Shown here: positions 1-7,810 of the stretch, piece by piece
How positions within the stretch are numbered: the first letter of the stretch is position 1
How the letters are laid out: each line of letters begins with the position of its first letter
DNA from: a virus
Lineage: Duplodnaviria > Caudoviricetes
Length of the DNA stretch: 34,431 nucleotides
IMG/VR virus record: IMGVR_UViG_3300032303_001834
Span: 1-34,431 of that record
Reading direction: 5' to 3' (one strand)
Translations under genes and position numbers: made by a program
The notes under the pieces: generated by a model
Told to the model about the DNA's origin: nothing
Seen by the model: the letters and a program-made list of their open reading frames with translations, nothing else
Database searches by the model: none

Positions 1-367
1 GTGCTGTTCAGCACCACCAATGATTAAGGGAACCTGCTATGCCCATCATCCATTGTTGTCTATTCCCCGTATAGTCAGCTATTTGGGCTACTATACGCTA
101 CCGGTTGCTCTGTAAAGTTTGCTGGGACTGTAGTGAAGATTATCTCTTGCAAGAGGTCTTCCGCAACGCATGTTCTATAACCCAAAGACAAAGTAGGCTA
201 TAGACTCATTCAGGGTTCGCACACATAACGAGAGCCCTGTCGGTATTCCAAGACTAAAATACTAACCAATGGTTAATATAATAATCCTGCATACTCCAGA
301 TCTGTCGGCAACGAGCCTTACCTCGGCTGACTCAAGGAGGATCGAGGTACCTCGATCAAACGTACTG
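1..367 (-). ncRNA. Putative large structured non-coding RNA of unknown family, 3' part truncated by the window edge
   Basis: No ORF; about 46% GC by hand count (164/360) in an AT-rich genome; near-contiguous hairpins at 340-357, 314-328, 249-289, 211-239, 174-204, 135-161, 68-97, 18-55 and 1-14; stems 174-204 and 249-289 contain G-U pairs on the minus strand that would be A-C mismatches on the plus strand. Confidence 0.6.
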
Positions 368-937
368 TTAAACTATAGGTATTGTGATTAAATTATCAGA
401 AGATTGTTTTTGCGTTGACTTGGTGTCTGGTGTACTGGAATAAGCTTTAAGAAGGTCTTTGTTGTTTTTAAAAAAGTGATTGAATTCTATAATGAGCCAA
501 TCACCATAATTGCCTGAAGAATAATATGTAAAATTATCTGTAACCCAAGTAAGACCGCATTGCACGGCCACGTATCTTCCCTTTCGGGTAAACTTCATGA
601 ATAGGATGTTTAAATCCCCAGCATCAGCAACCGACATGAGTTGATCTAGCCACGTATTTAGTTGCTTGCTTTCACCTGAAAGTACTAAGTGAAAAGGAAA
701 ATCAGCATAGTTCTTTGCTTCAGCATTAAACTTACTCCAAGAGTCAGGGGGAATAATATCTCCCTTAAACCCTTTGATTTGATTTTCACTTAGATTTTGC
801 TTTCTATGTGAATTTGAGCCACCAATAAAAGCACCTGAGTTGGGCACTCTTACAAAATGATCATCATAGAGGTCGCTGAGATATTTTGCAACATCTCTTT
901 CCCATGATGAACCTTTTTGCTTTTGTGGACTAGACAT
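368..937 (-). CDS. Holliday junction resolvase, Hjc-like PD-(D/E)xK family
   Basis: N-terminal KGSSWERDVAKYL, RVPNSGA, GDII and EAKNY motifs typical of Hjc-like phage resolvases; adjacent to gp46/gp47. Confidence 0.75.
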   Translation of the reverse strand: MSSPQKQKGSSWERDVAKYLSDLYDDHFVRVPNSGAFIGGSNSHRKQNLSENQIKGFKGDIIPPDSWSKFNAEAKNYADFPFHLVLSGESKQLNTWLDQLMSVADAGDLNILFMKFTRKGRYVAVQCGLTWVTDNFTYYSSGNYGDWLIIEFNHFFKNNKDLLKAYSSTPDTKSTQKQSSDNLITIPIV

Positions 938-942
938 ACTAA

Positions 943-957
943 TACTTAGTGTTTATC
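943..957 (-). promoter_or_regulatory. Putative phage late promoter(s) (GATAAACA / CTAAGTA) ahead of the resolvase, probably a leaderless transcript
   Basis: Minus strand reads gataaacaCTAAGTAttagtATG; resembles the T4 late box TATAAATA; 5 nt from the ATG and no Shine-Dalgarno. Confidence 0.4.
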
Positions 958-976
958 AGGTGGTATGAAAATTTTA

Positions 977-2734
977 TCATTTTTCAATACTTACGGAACT
1001 CTCATACGTGGTAAATCCACTCTCTTTGACAACTTTGAGAACATTTGGAACTCTGTTGATTAATTCTTCTTTATGACTAACTAACCAAATAGATTTTTGC
1101 CTACGGCGTGACATCTCTTTAAGTATACTTAGAGAATTTTCAACACCTATACTATCAGTACCGTTGTCTAATAGTTCATCAATAAATAATACATTGATTG
1201 GTGAATATAATGATTCCCAAACGTCACGAAAAGCCCAAGACAATGCTAATATAACTCTGTTCATCTCTCCCCTTGACAAATTATAGAAATCCATTTCTCT
1301 ACCCAACTCAGTAATTTCAACCTGAAGATCATTTTGAAATACTACCTGATGGGGTAGACCAATCTTATCCAAATAATGAGTAAGTCTACTATTCAAATAT
1401 GACAAATTTTGATCAATAATCTTTTTGCGAACAAATGAATCTTTACTACTTAATAGGTCAAGTAGAAATTTCTGATGTTCTAGTGTTTTAGTCAACCTAT
1501 TGATATTATCAAAATCAATTTCTTGTAGAGCTTGACTCTCCATTTCACTAATTTGTTCATCATATGGGTCAACTTCCGCTGCTTTGTTTTCTATAGAAAC
1601 TAGAGTATTGGCAATCTGACTAGAATGCTTAACAGCTTCCGCTTCGGTTTTATAATGAGTAGTAGGTTTGGCACTGACAAACACTGGATTATCTTCAAGC
1701 TCCTTTATAGTGGCTTCGAACTCATCAATATGTTTTCTACTCTCTGTCAATGATTCAATCTTTTTATTTAAGACTTCTGAATGAGATTCATCATGGAACT
1801 CCTGACCGCAAGCATAACATTTATGATCTTTGAGAGTTTTAACTTCGGTATCTAGTTTAGCCCAAGTTTTCTTTTCTTTAGCTAGATCGGTCTTTGCTCT
1901 ACTAAGATTAGCATCGTGTTCAGTTTGTAAACGAACCTGATCATTATAAATTACTAAATCTTTATGTGCCTGAAGTTCTTTGTCTATATCAATGGCACTT
2001 AGTTTGGTATACTCAATAGCGAGTTTTTCCAAGTCTTCATCGTGTTTAGTTTGCCAAAGTTTCTGCCTACGCTTTAAGCTTTCAATTTGTTCTTTAACAC
2101 GCTTATTGGCTTCTTCAATGGCTTTGACTTTGAATTCTTCGGATTGAATAGATTCTTTGCTTTCTTTAATTAGATTTTTAATTACCTCAGCTTTTTCGGA
2201 AAGGATAGTAATTCCCAAAAGCTGTTCAATAATGTTTCTTTGCTCATTGGTTTTAAGAGCAAGAAATGGTTCACTGTAAGTATTCAGCGCAACGATATGT
2301 CTAAACATATCAGCCGACATATTGATGATTCGTTCAATAGCATGTTGAGTTTCTTTATTTTCCCCTTGTGCATCATCGGTTGACTTTTGCAAATCATCGT
2401 TTACATAAAATTTCAGAATATTGGGTTTGCGACCACGTTCAATCTTGTATTCAATGCCATTGACACTGAATTCAAGAGTGACCATCATGCCCTTACCATT
2501 AGTACGATTAACTAAATTATCCTTGCGAATGTTATTAATTGGAACGCCAAAGAGTGCATATGACAGTGCTTGAATCAATGAGGTTTTGCCCGTACCATTT
2601 CTAGCACCGTCACCGCCTAAATCTAGGTTTTCACCTAGGATAAGGGTCAACTCTCTGCGATCAAAGTTTACCGCTTGCGTTACTTGTCCAATTGATAAAA
2701 AATTCCTAAGAGCAATATTTTTTAATAAAATCAT
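977..2734 (-). CDS. gp46: Recombination endonuclease ATPase subunit, T4 gp46 / SbcC / Rad50-like (585 aa; start moved from 2788 to the ATG at 2734)
   Basis: Walker A NGTGKTS, coiled coil with CYAC zinc hook, signature LSRGE, Walker B LFIDE, H-loop VSH; MILLKNIALRNFLSIG is the typical family N-terminus. Confidence 0.93.
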   Translation of the reverse strand: MILLKNIALRNFLSIGQVTQAVNFDRRELTLILGENLDLGGDGARNGTGKTSLIQALSYALFGVPINNIRKDNLVNRTNGKGMMVTLEFSVNGIEYKIERGRKPNILKFYVNDDLQKSTDDAQGENKETQHAIERIINMSADMFRHIVALNTYSEPFLALKTNEQRNIIEQLLGITILSEKAEVIKNLIKESKESIQSEEFKVKAIEEANKRVKEQIESLKRRQKLWQTKHDEDLEKLAIEYTKLSAIDIDKELQAHKDLVIYNDQVRLQTEHDANLSRAKTDLAKEKKTWAKLDTEVKTLKDHKCYACGQEFHDESHSEVLNKKIESLTESRKHIDEFEATIKELEDNPVFVSAKPTTHYKTEAEAVKHSSQIANTLVSIENKAAEVDPYDEQISEMESQALQEIDFDNINRLTKTLEHQKFLLDLLSSKDSFVRKKIIDQNLSYLNSRLTHYLDKIGLPHQVVFQNDLQVEITELGREMDFYNLSRGEMNRVILALSWAFRDVWESLYSPINVLFIDELLDNGTDSIGVENSLSILKEMSRRRQKSIWLVSHKEELINRVPNVLKVVKESGFTTYESSVSIEK

Positions 2735-2751
2735 ATGTTGTTTTGAACTTT

Positions 2752-3687
2752 TTATATAATTTGTAAACCATGTTTGCTGAACACCCAAAATTCAAATAGA
2801 TAGCCCAACGCTAAACATGCTTCTTTTTTGCGGAGGTTATTATTTAGGTCTTTACTATATGTATAAGTAGATTTTACCTCAATCAGTTTATTTTCATTAA
2901 CTAACATAATGTCTGTGAAATATCTATGTTTGGTGTGATCAGAATTCTCATACCAAATAATTGGCAACAATGAGCGTTTAGTAACAATGTTATCTTCTGT
3001 TGTCATTGTCAATAAAATATCTAGGGCCCTAGGTTCGTATCCCTGCACTTTAATAACTGTACCTGAGGGTAAAGTATACAATTTGAATCTAGTGCGTTGT
3101 TGTTTGAGATGAATTTCAGGAACCTGTGACACATAATCAACCCCATATCTTTCTCTAATAGTTTTTTTTGCCTTAGCGAATCGGTCAGGTGCATTTTCTT
3201 TGTTTTTTCTAGAAACTTCTTTTGCCACACTCTCTAATTTAAGTATGTTATCAACTCCGTACCGACTAAGATTAGTATTTTTAGTTTTTTCAATTATGGC
3301 CGAAACATCGTTTGATAGCCAAGTAGTGCGCCGTTGATCAGCCAATTCTGTACGCTCAGCAGACTCTAATTTATAATTAGCATTAAATGTTAGTTGTTTG
3401 GCCTGCTTTATGTTAGGTAGTTTACTGACATTGGTAACTCCGTAGGTTTTTTCTAATGTATCTTCTGCTTTACTTCTGTTGTTAAAATTAGAATCTCCGT
3501 ATTTTTCTAATTTAGTTTTTCTCCCCTTTTCAATATTTTTAAAATTTGCATCACCGTATTTTTCAATACAGGTGCTGCTCTTGCGCTGCCTAATTTCAGG
3601 ACATCCTGACACATTTTTGCTACAGCATGTGATGCCATTTTTAAATGTAAATGATGCGGGGCGTTTACAGTAGTTACAAATTGTCAT
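2752..3687 (-). CDS. Free-standing homing-endonuclease-like protein (Cys-rich N-terminus, repeated T..(K/R)YG helical motifs, C-terminal PD-(D/E)xK nuclease)
   Basis: CNYC...CCS...C; repeats TCIEKYG, TKLEKYG, TLEKTYG, TNLSRYG, TIRERYG; VQGYEP and HRYFTDI...KLIEVKS catalytic-like motif; sits between gp47 and gp46; GAGGA SD upstream. Confidence 0.7.
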   Translation of the reverse strand: MTICNYCKRPASFTFKNGITCCSKNVSGCPEIRQRKSSTCIEKYGDANFKNIEKGRKTKLEKYGDSNFNNRSKAEDTLEKTYGVTNVSKLPNIKQAKQLTFNANYKLESAERTELADQRRTTWLSNDVSAIIEKTKNTNLSRYGVDNILKLESVAKEVSRKNKENAPDRFAKAKKTIRERYGVDYVSQVPEIHLKQQRTRFKLYTLPSGTVIKVQGYEPRALDILLTMTTEDNIVTKRSLLPIIWYENSDHTKHRYFTDIMLVNENKLIEVKSTYTYSKDLNNNLRKKEACLALGYLFEFWVFSKHGLQII

Positions 3688-4690
3688 ACATAATCCTCAG
3701 TAAATTTTTATCAAGATTGGTGCTCTCAATACTATTTATGCCTGAGATGACAATTTGGTCAACACTTTCAAATTTCATTCCATCCGTGTTTTGATATTGT
3801 TCTACTTGGTCTGCTTTTATAGGTATCAACGTCATTTCTCTTAGTTTATGATCAGGGATTAATGTTTCACGAATGAAGTTTGCTTCTTCGTATGAAATGG
3901 CTATATCTAAATGCACTCTAACATGGCTGTCAGGTAATAGCAACCCTTTAGGGTTTTCCAATACATCACTTAGCTTATAGACTCTAAATAAAGGTTGATT
4001 GGGCCAACTGTGAAATTCAGGTTCTTCGCCCCATTCTAATACCATCATGCCGCGTTGGTCATCTCCGGCGTCAGCATAGTTATGTGGAAAAGCGTTACCA
4101 ATATACCAAATGTTCTTGCGAGCCTGACGTTTATGAAAATGTCCTGAGAAAACTTTTTCAAAACCCTCTACATGTCCGTCATTGATTTCACCATGATCGG
4201 GCATTGCTATTTGAGCGTTCATAAAAAAATGAGGCAACTCAAGATGGGCAAAAAGATATTTACCAGATAGTTTCGCTAATTTTTTATAATCATTGCCCAC
4301 TAACCAAGGAGCGATAACACAGTCACCTGCTTGAAACCAATCATTGACAATGGTAATATTTGGCAGATGTTTAGCCCATTCTACAGAATGAATGTCACGC
4401 CTGTCCCTATAATATAAATCGTGGTTACCAGGAACAAAATATACCTGTTGAAAGTTTTCACTTAACATTTCCAAACTTCGTAAGCCAAACTGAAGAGTTT
4501 GAATGTTAATGCTGGCCCTATGATGATTCCAATCACCTAAGAACAAGCAAGTTTCACAATTTTCTTGTTTGGCTTTCTCTACAAACCAACTGACAAAATT
4601 GATACAATCGGTGTTGTGAACCAAAGAATTAGACTTGTTACCATAATGAATATCGGTAAAAACCGCTGCTTTTTTAAATAGGTTACTCAT
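3674..4690 (-). CDS. gp47: Recombination endonuclease nuclease subunit, T4 gp47 / SbcD / Mre11-like metallophosphoesterase
   Basis: Motifs DIH, GDW, GNHD, GHFH; paired with a gp46-like gene. Confidence 0.93.
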   Translation of the reverse strand: MSNLFKKAAVFTDIHYGNKSNSLVHNTDCINFVSWFVEKAKQENCETCLFLGDWNHHRASINIQTLQFGLRSLEMLSENFQQVYFVPGNHDLYYRDRRDIHSVEWAKHLPNITIVNDWFQAGDCVIAPWLVGNDYKKLAKLSGKYLFAHLELPHFFMNAQIAMPDHGEINDGHVEGFEKVFSGHFHKRQARKNIWYIGNAFPHNYADAGDDQRGMMVLEWGEEPEFHSWPNQPLFRVYKLSDVLENPKGLLLPDSHVRVHLDIAISYEEANFIRETLIPDHKLREMTLIPIKADQVEQYQNTDGMKFESVDQIVISGINSIESTNLDKNLLRIMYDNL

Positions 4691-4696
4691 CCACTG

Positions 4697-4726
4697 ATTA
4701 TATCTTATTCTTGACTATCTAGTCAA
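4697..4726 (-). promoter_or_regulatory. Sigma70-type promoter (TTGACT-18-TATAAT) for gp47, with an inverted repeat over the -35 box; leaderless start
   Basis: Minus strand TTGACTagatagtcaagaataagaTATAATcagtggATG; palindrome TTGACTA-tc-TAGTCAA at 4711-4726. Confidence 0.65.
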
Positions 4727-4739
4727 TTATATTGGTTGC

Positions 4740-5651
4740 CTATTCTTCGTACACGTTAATCTGCGGACCATTTGAAATACCTTGACGAGACCATGAGGGG
4801 TTCAACCCATTCATTTCTAGGATATCATCCCGAATATTTTGGCTTCTTTTTTCTGTATTCAAAACTCTACAAAAGGAATTTGTAATAGCGGCAGTATAAT
4901 ATGCGAAAGGGTTCGCACTTTTAGATTCGTTAAATCGCAGGCCCACGTAGGTAAGTTGAAGTATAGCACTATTTTTCATTTCATCATTGTAGGTATACCC
5001 ACGCCAGTTGTATTTCATAGCGTATTTTTCACACATCATGATATACATTCTAGCTAGCTTGTCAGTGATTTGACCATGGTCTTTGCTAAAAGATCCAGTT
5101 ACCAAGTCACCTTTCCAATGAGAATGACCGATACAATAAAATTCGTTCTGTTCGTTAATCTTATAGTGCTTGAAAGGTGGAAAGTTTACTTTGACATGAA
5201 CCATGTCATCTACTTCTGCCTGAGTAGTAACATCTTCTAGGTCAGCGAAAATCTCATCAGGATCGGTTTCTTCAAAATCAAAAATATCTTTGGCAGTTTT
5301 CTTTTTTACCGTTTTTCTAGGTTGTTTCTGAGAAACTGGAATATGATCCCAAGTCATAACTCTAAAAACCAAGTCAGTAACTGGGATGCTCATTGGATCT
5401 ACCGAGTCTTTTACTCCTGCTTCAATACTAAGCCTAGTAGCCCTTGTCTCACGGGCAGTTTGAATTATATCTTTAATGGTTTCGTGATTAATGATTTCTT
5501 CTGATGAAGATTGTGGCATGTCTATGATGTAGTCATATCTATGATATTCTTTATTTTCAAAGAAACAATAAGTGTTTTTACTTTCGTGAATTTCTTTTAA
5601 AATATCTTTATTATTTAGGTAGTTAACCGTTTTTTTCGCAGTGATTGACAT
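4740..5651 (-). CDS. gp55: Late-transcription sigma factor, T4 gp55-like, with a large internal insertion
   Basis: N-terminal NYLNNKDILKEI and C-terminal NWRGYTYNDEM...NPFAYYTAAITNSF..VLNTEK resemble gp55 conserved blocks; located next to gp47 as in T4-like phages; AAGGA SD. Confidence 0.82.
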   Translation of the reverse strand: MSITAKKTVNYLNNKDILKEIHESKNTYCFFENKEYHRYDYIIDMPQSSSEEIINHETIKDIIQTARETRATRLSIEAGVKDSVDPMSIPVTDLVFRVMTWDHIPVSQKQPRKTVKKKTAKDIFDFEETDPDEIFADLEDVTTQAEVDDMVHVKVNFPPFKHYKINEQNEFYCIGHSHWKGDLVTGSFSKDHGQITDKLARMYIMMCEKYAMKYNWRGYTYNDEMKNSAILQLTYVGLRFNESKSANPFAYYTAAITNSFCRVLNTEKRSQNIRDDILEMNGLNPSWSRQGISNGPQINVYEE

Positions 5652-5678
5652 AGGGTCCTTGTTATTTTGCTATAGTAG

Positions 5679-5710
5679 AGTATAGCATATGTGTTGCAGA
5701 ATTGCAACAC
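5679..5710 (-). promoter_or_regulatory. Sigma70-type promoter (TTGCAA-17-TATACT, extended -10) for the gp55-like gene, with an inverted repeat over the -35 box
   Basis: Minus strand gtgTTGCAAttctgcaacacataTGcTATACT; 8-bp inverted repeat GTGTTGCA-gaat-TGCAACAC at 5691-5710. Confidence 0.6.
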
Positions 5711-5741
5711 CGAGTGGATCAAAAGGTAAAAGCAATATTAT

Positions 5742-5781
5742 TATTTATCTTCTAAAAGTCAATGTTTTTTGATACTAAATA
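5742..5781. promoter_or_regulatory. Back-to-back putative late promoters: GATAAATA (minus, 5742-5749) and ACTAAATA (plus, 5774-5781)
   Basis: T4-late-like TAAATA cores in the divergent intergenic region; the plus-strand one precedes TAAGGA and the ATG at 5802. Confidence 0.5.
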
Positions 5782-5801
5782 GTAATAAGGATATTAATAT
5801 T

Positions 5802-7499
5802 ATGGCAACGATTCCAGAATTAAAGGCTAAGATAGCCGCAATAGATAATCAACTTATACCTCTTAAAGCGGCAGCACTGGAAGCAAAAATAAAAACCAAC
5901 CAAGCACAGGAAGCGTTGGATGCCTATTACAATACACCCGGACACATCAATCTTAGTGCAAAAATAAACGCACAAAATGCAGTTAAGGCAGATCCTACAA
6001 ATATACAGTTACAACAAAATTTAGCAGCCATAAATACCCAATGGTCAAAACAGTCAGCAGAGTTAGGACCATTGTTGGCAGCTAGAGATGCGGCATTTCA
6101 AGCACAAATTGAGGCAAATGCACCTGTAGTAAAATTGGATCGTGAAGCCGGTGAATATGAAATAGAAATTGCTAAAATAGACCCTAGCCAAGCAACACCT
6201 GACGCAGTAGCATATTTAAAAGAAAATGGTGGACTACCAATAACACCGCCGGCTGATCCTGCGCTACCTGAACCACAACCACAACCCTCACCGATATATA
6301 ACGCACCAGCAGATACTAATATAGAACCAGCAGCGGTAACATCTTCTGTAAATCCGCTTAAAGTAACCGCCAACCCAATAGTTCAAAATGATTATGGAGA
6401 GGATCTAGTGCTAGGCCAAACACCAGAGGTAATTGAACCCCAAAAAACTGGTGACGCATACCCAAATGAATTTCAGGGTGTAGATGAAGCTATAGCTCTA
6501 CAGGAAAAAATAGCGATTAATACTTCAGGTTTACCAGTACTGGCTGAAGATGGTTCAGTGGCACAAGGAGTTGCTATTAATCCTGAAACGGGACAAACTT
6601 ATTATACAGTGCCAACTGGGTCTAGTAAAGGATTACAAGGTGCTAAGGCAAACAATCAATCTCAATCTACAGCACAATCCCAAGCTAATTTTGCTCTTAA
6701 GCAGGATTGGCGTGTTAGATTAAGCCTAGCACCTAATTCAGGTTATCTTTATCAAGCATCACAAGTTCAAGGTATATTACAGCCTTTAATAGACACTGAC
6801 GGCGTAGTTTTTCCATATACACCAAGTATACAGGTTCAATATAGCGCACACTATGATAATTATGATTTAACTCATAGTAATTATAAAATATATCAATATA
6901 AAAATAGCTCAGTAGACACTATTCAGATTTCTTGTGATTTTACCGCACAAGACACAGCCGAAGCAAATTATTTACTTGCAGTCATTCATTTTTTCAGATC
7001 GGTTACTAAAATGTTTTATGGACAAGATTCTATTCCTAAAATTGGAACTCCTCCTCCCCTATGTTTCTTGACAGGACTAGGATCTTTTCAATTTGATAAT
7101 CATCCATTAGTTATAACAAGTTTTTCTTATAACTTACCCACTGATGTAGATTATATAAGGGCATCTGCCAGTGCCACAACAGCAGCAGGTGTAAATAAAG
7201 CACCTGCTCAACCACCGAACAATACAGATGCAATAAGTAATGCCAGATTAAATAGCACTAATCAAGCAATAGATAGAGGTGGTGTGACACCTAATCCAAA
7301 TTTTTCATCAACCACTTCAATACAAACACCTGCAGCTTCAGATAGAACACCAACATATGTGCCTACAAAAATGAATATATCAATAAGTGCAAACCCAATT
7401 GTAACAAGAAATGATATTAGTAATAAATTTAGTTTACGAGATTATGCAACTGGTAAATTGTTACAAGGTAGTAAAAATGCAACTGTGGGTATTTGGTAA
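5802..7499 (+). CDS. Baseplate / tail-tube initiator-like protein (C-terminal conserved domain; N-terminal coiled coil and Pro-rich linker); start moved from TTG 5769 to ATG 5802
   Basis: C-terminal DWRVRL...FPYTPSI...THSNY...FTAQ...PPPL..L.G.G tube-fold-like domain; first gene of the baseplate cluster, directly before the LysM/gp53-like gene; TAAGGA SD. Confidence 0.6.
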   Translation: MATIPELKAKIAAIDNQLIPLKAAALEAKIKTNQAQEALDAYYNTPGHINLSAKINAQNAVKADPTNIQLQQNLAAINTQWSKQSAELGPLLAARDAAFQAQIEANAPVVKLDREAGEYEIEIAKIDPSQATPDAVAYLKENGGLPITPPADPALPEPQPQPSPIYNAPADTNIEPAAVTSSVNPLKVTANPIVQNDYGEDLVLGQTPEVIEPQKTGDAYPNEFQGVDEAIALQEKIAINTSGLPVLAEDGSVAQGVAINPETGQTYYTVPTGSSKGLQGAKANNQSQSTAQSQANFALKQDWRVRLSLAPNSGYLYQASQVQGILQPLIDTDGVVFPYTPSIQVQYSAHYDNYDLTHSNYKIYQYKNSSVDTIQISCDFTAQDTAEANYLLAVIHFFRSVTKMFYGQDSIPKIGTPPPLCFLTGLGSFQFDNHPLVITSFSYNLPTDVDYIRASASATTAAGVNKAPAQPPNNTDAISNARLNSTNQAIDRGGVTPNPNFSSTTSIQTPAASDRTPTYVPTKMNISISANPIVTRNDISNKFSLRDYATGKLLQGSKNATVGIW

Positions 7500-7810
7500 T
7501 GGCTGTCAATAGTTTATACCCCGCAACTAGTCCTTACAATGTTACAGACATTGTTAATAGTAATTATTTGGATATTATGATTAATATTCCTATACCAATG
7601 GTTCCTAGCGATATATATTTTGAAATTACCACAGTTTATCAATATAGACCTGATATGTTGGCGTATGATTTATATTCAGACTCTAGATTATGGTGGGTTT
7701 TCGCACAAAGAAATCCAAATAGATTAAAAGACCCTTATTTTGATTTTGTAGCTGGAGTAAGCATTTATATACCTAAATTAGAATTATTAAAACAAGTATT
7801 GGGAATCTAA
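7499..7810 (+). CDS. gp53: Baseplate wedge protein, gp53 / LysM-like
   Basis: YQYRPDMLAYDLYSDSRLWWVFAQRNP...F..G..IYIP motif; TAATG stop/start overlap with the upstream gene. Confidence 0.82.
   Translation: MAVNSLYPATSPYNVTDIVNSNYLDIMINIPIPMVPSDIYFEITTVYQYRPDMLAYDLYSDSRLWWVFAQRNPNRLKDPYFDFVAGVSIYIPKLELLKQVLGI

Noticed and set aside
100-330. RNase P RNA or self-splicing intron identity for the structured region (minus-strand GAGGUAAGGCUC and AAACUUUACAGAGCAA loosely echo RNase P; ACAGUCC echoes group I; GUGCG echoes group II)
   Set aside because: There is no GAGGAAAGUCC, no upstream P7 partner for ACAGUCC and no interrupted host gene or visible domain V. The resemblance is too partial to call, although the 3' end lies outside the window.
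340-357. Rho-independent terminator after the resolvase
   Set aside because: No U-tract follows the hairpin on either strand.
2735-2788. Longer gp46 start given by the ORF track (similarly 5769 and 7493 for two baseplate genes)
   Set aside because: The downstream ATGs (2734, 5802, 7499) fit the family N-terminus, SD position or TAATG coupling better.
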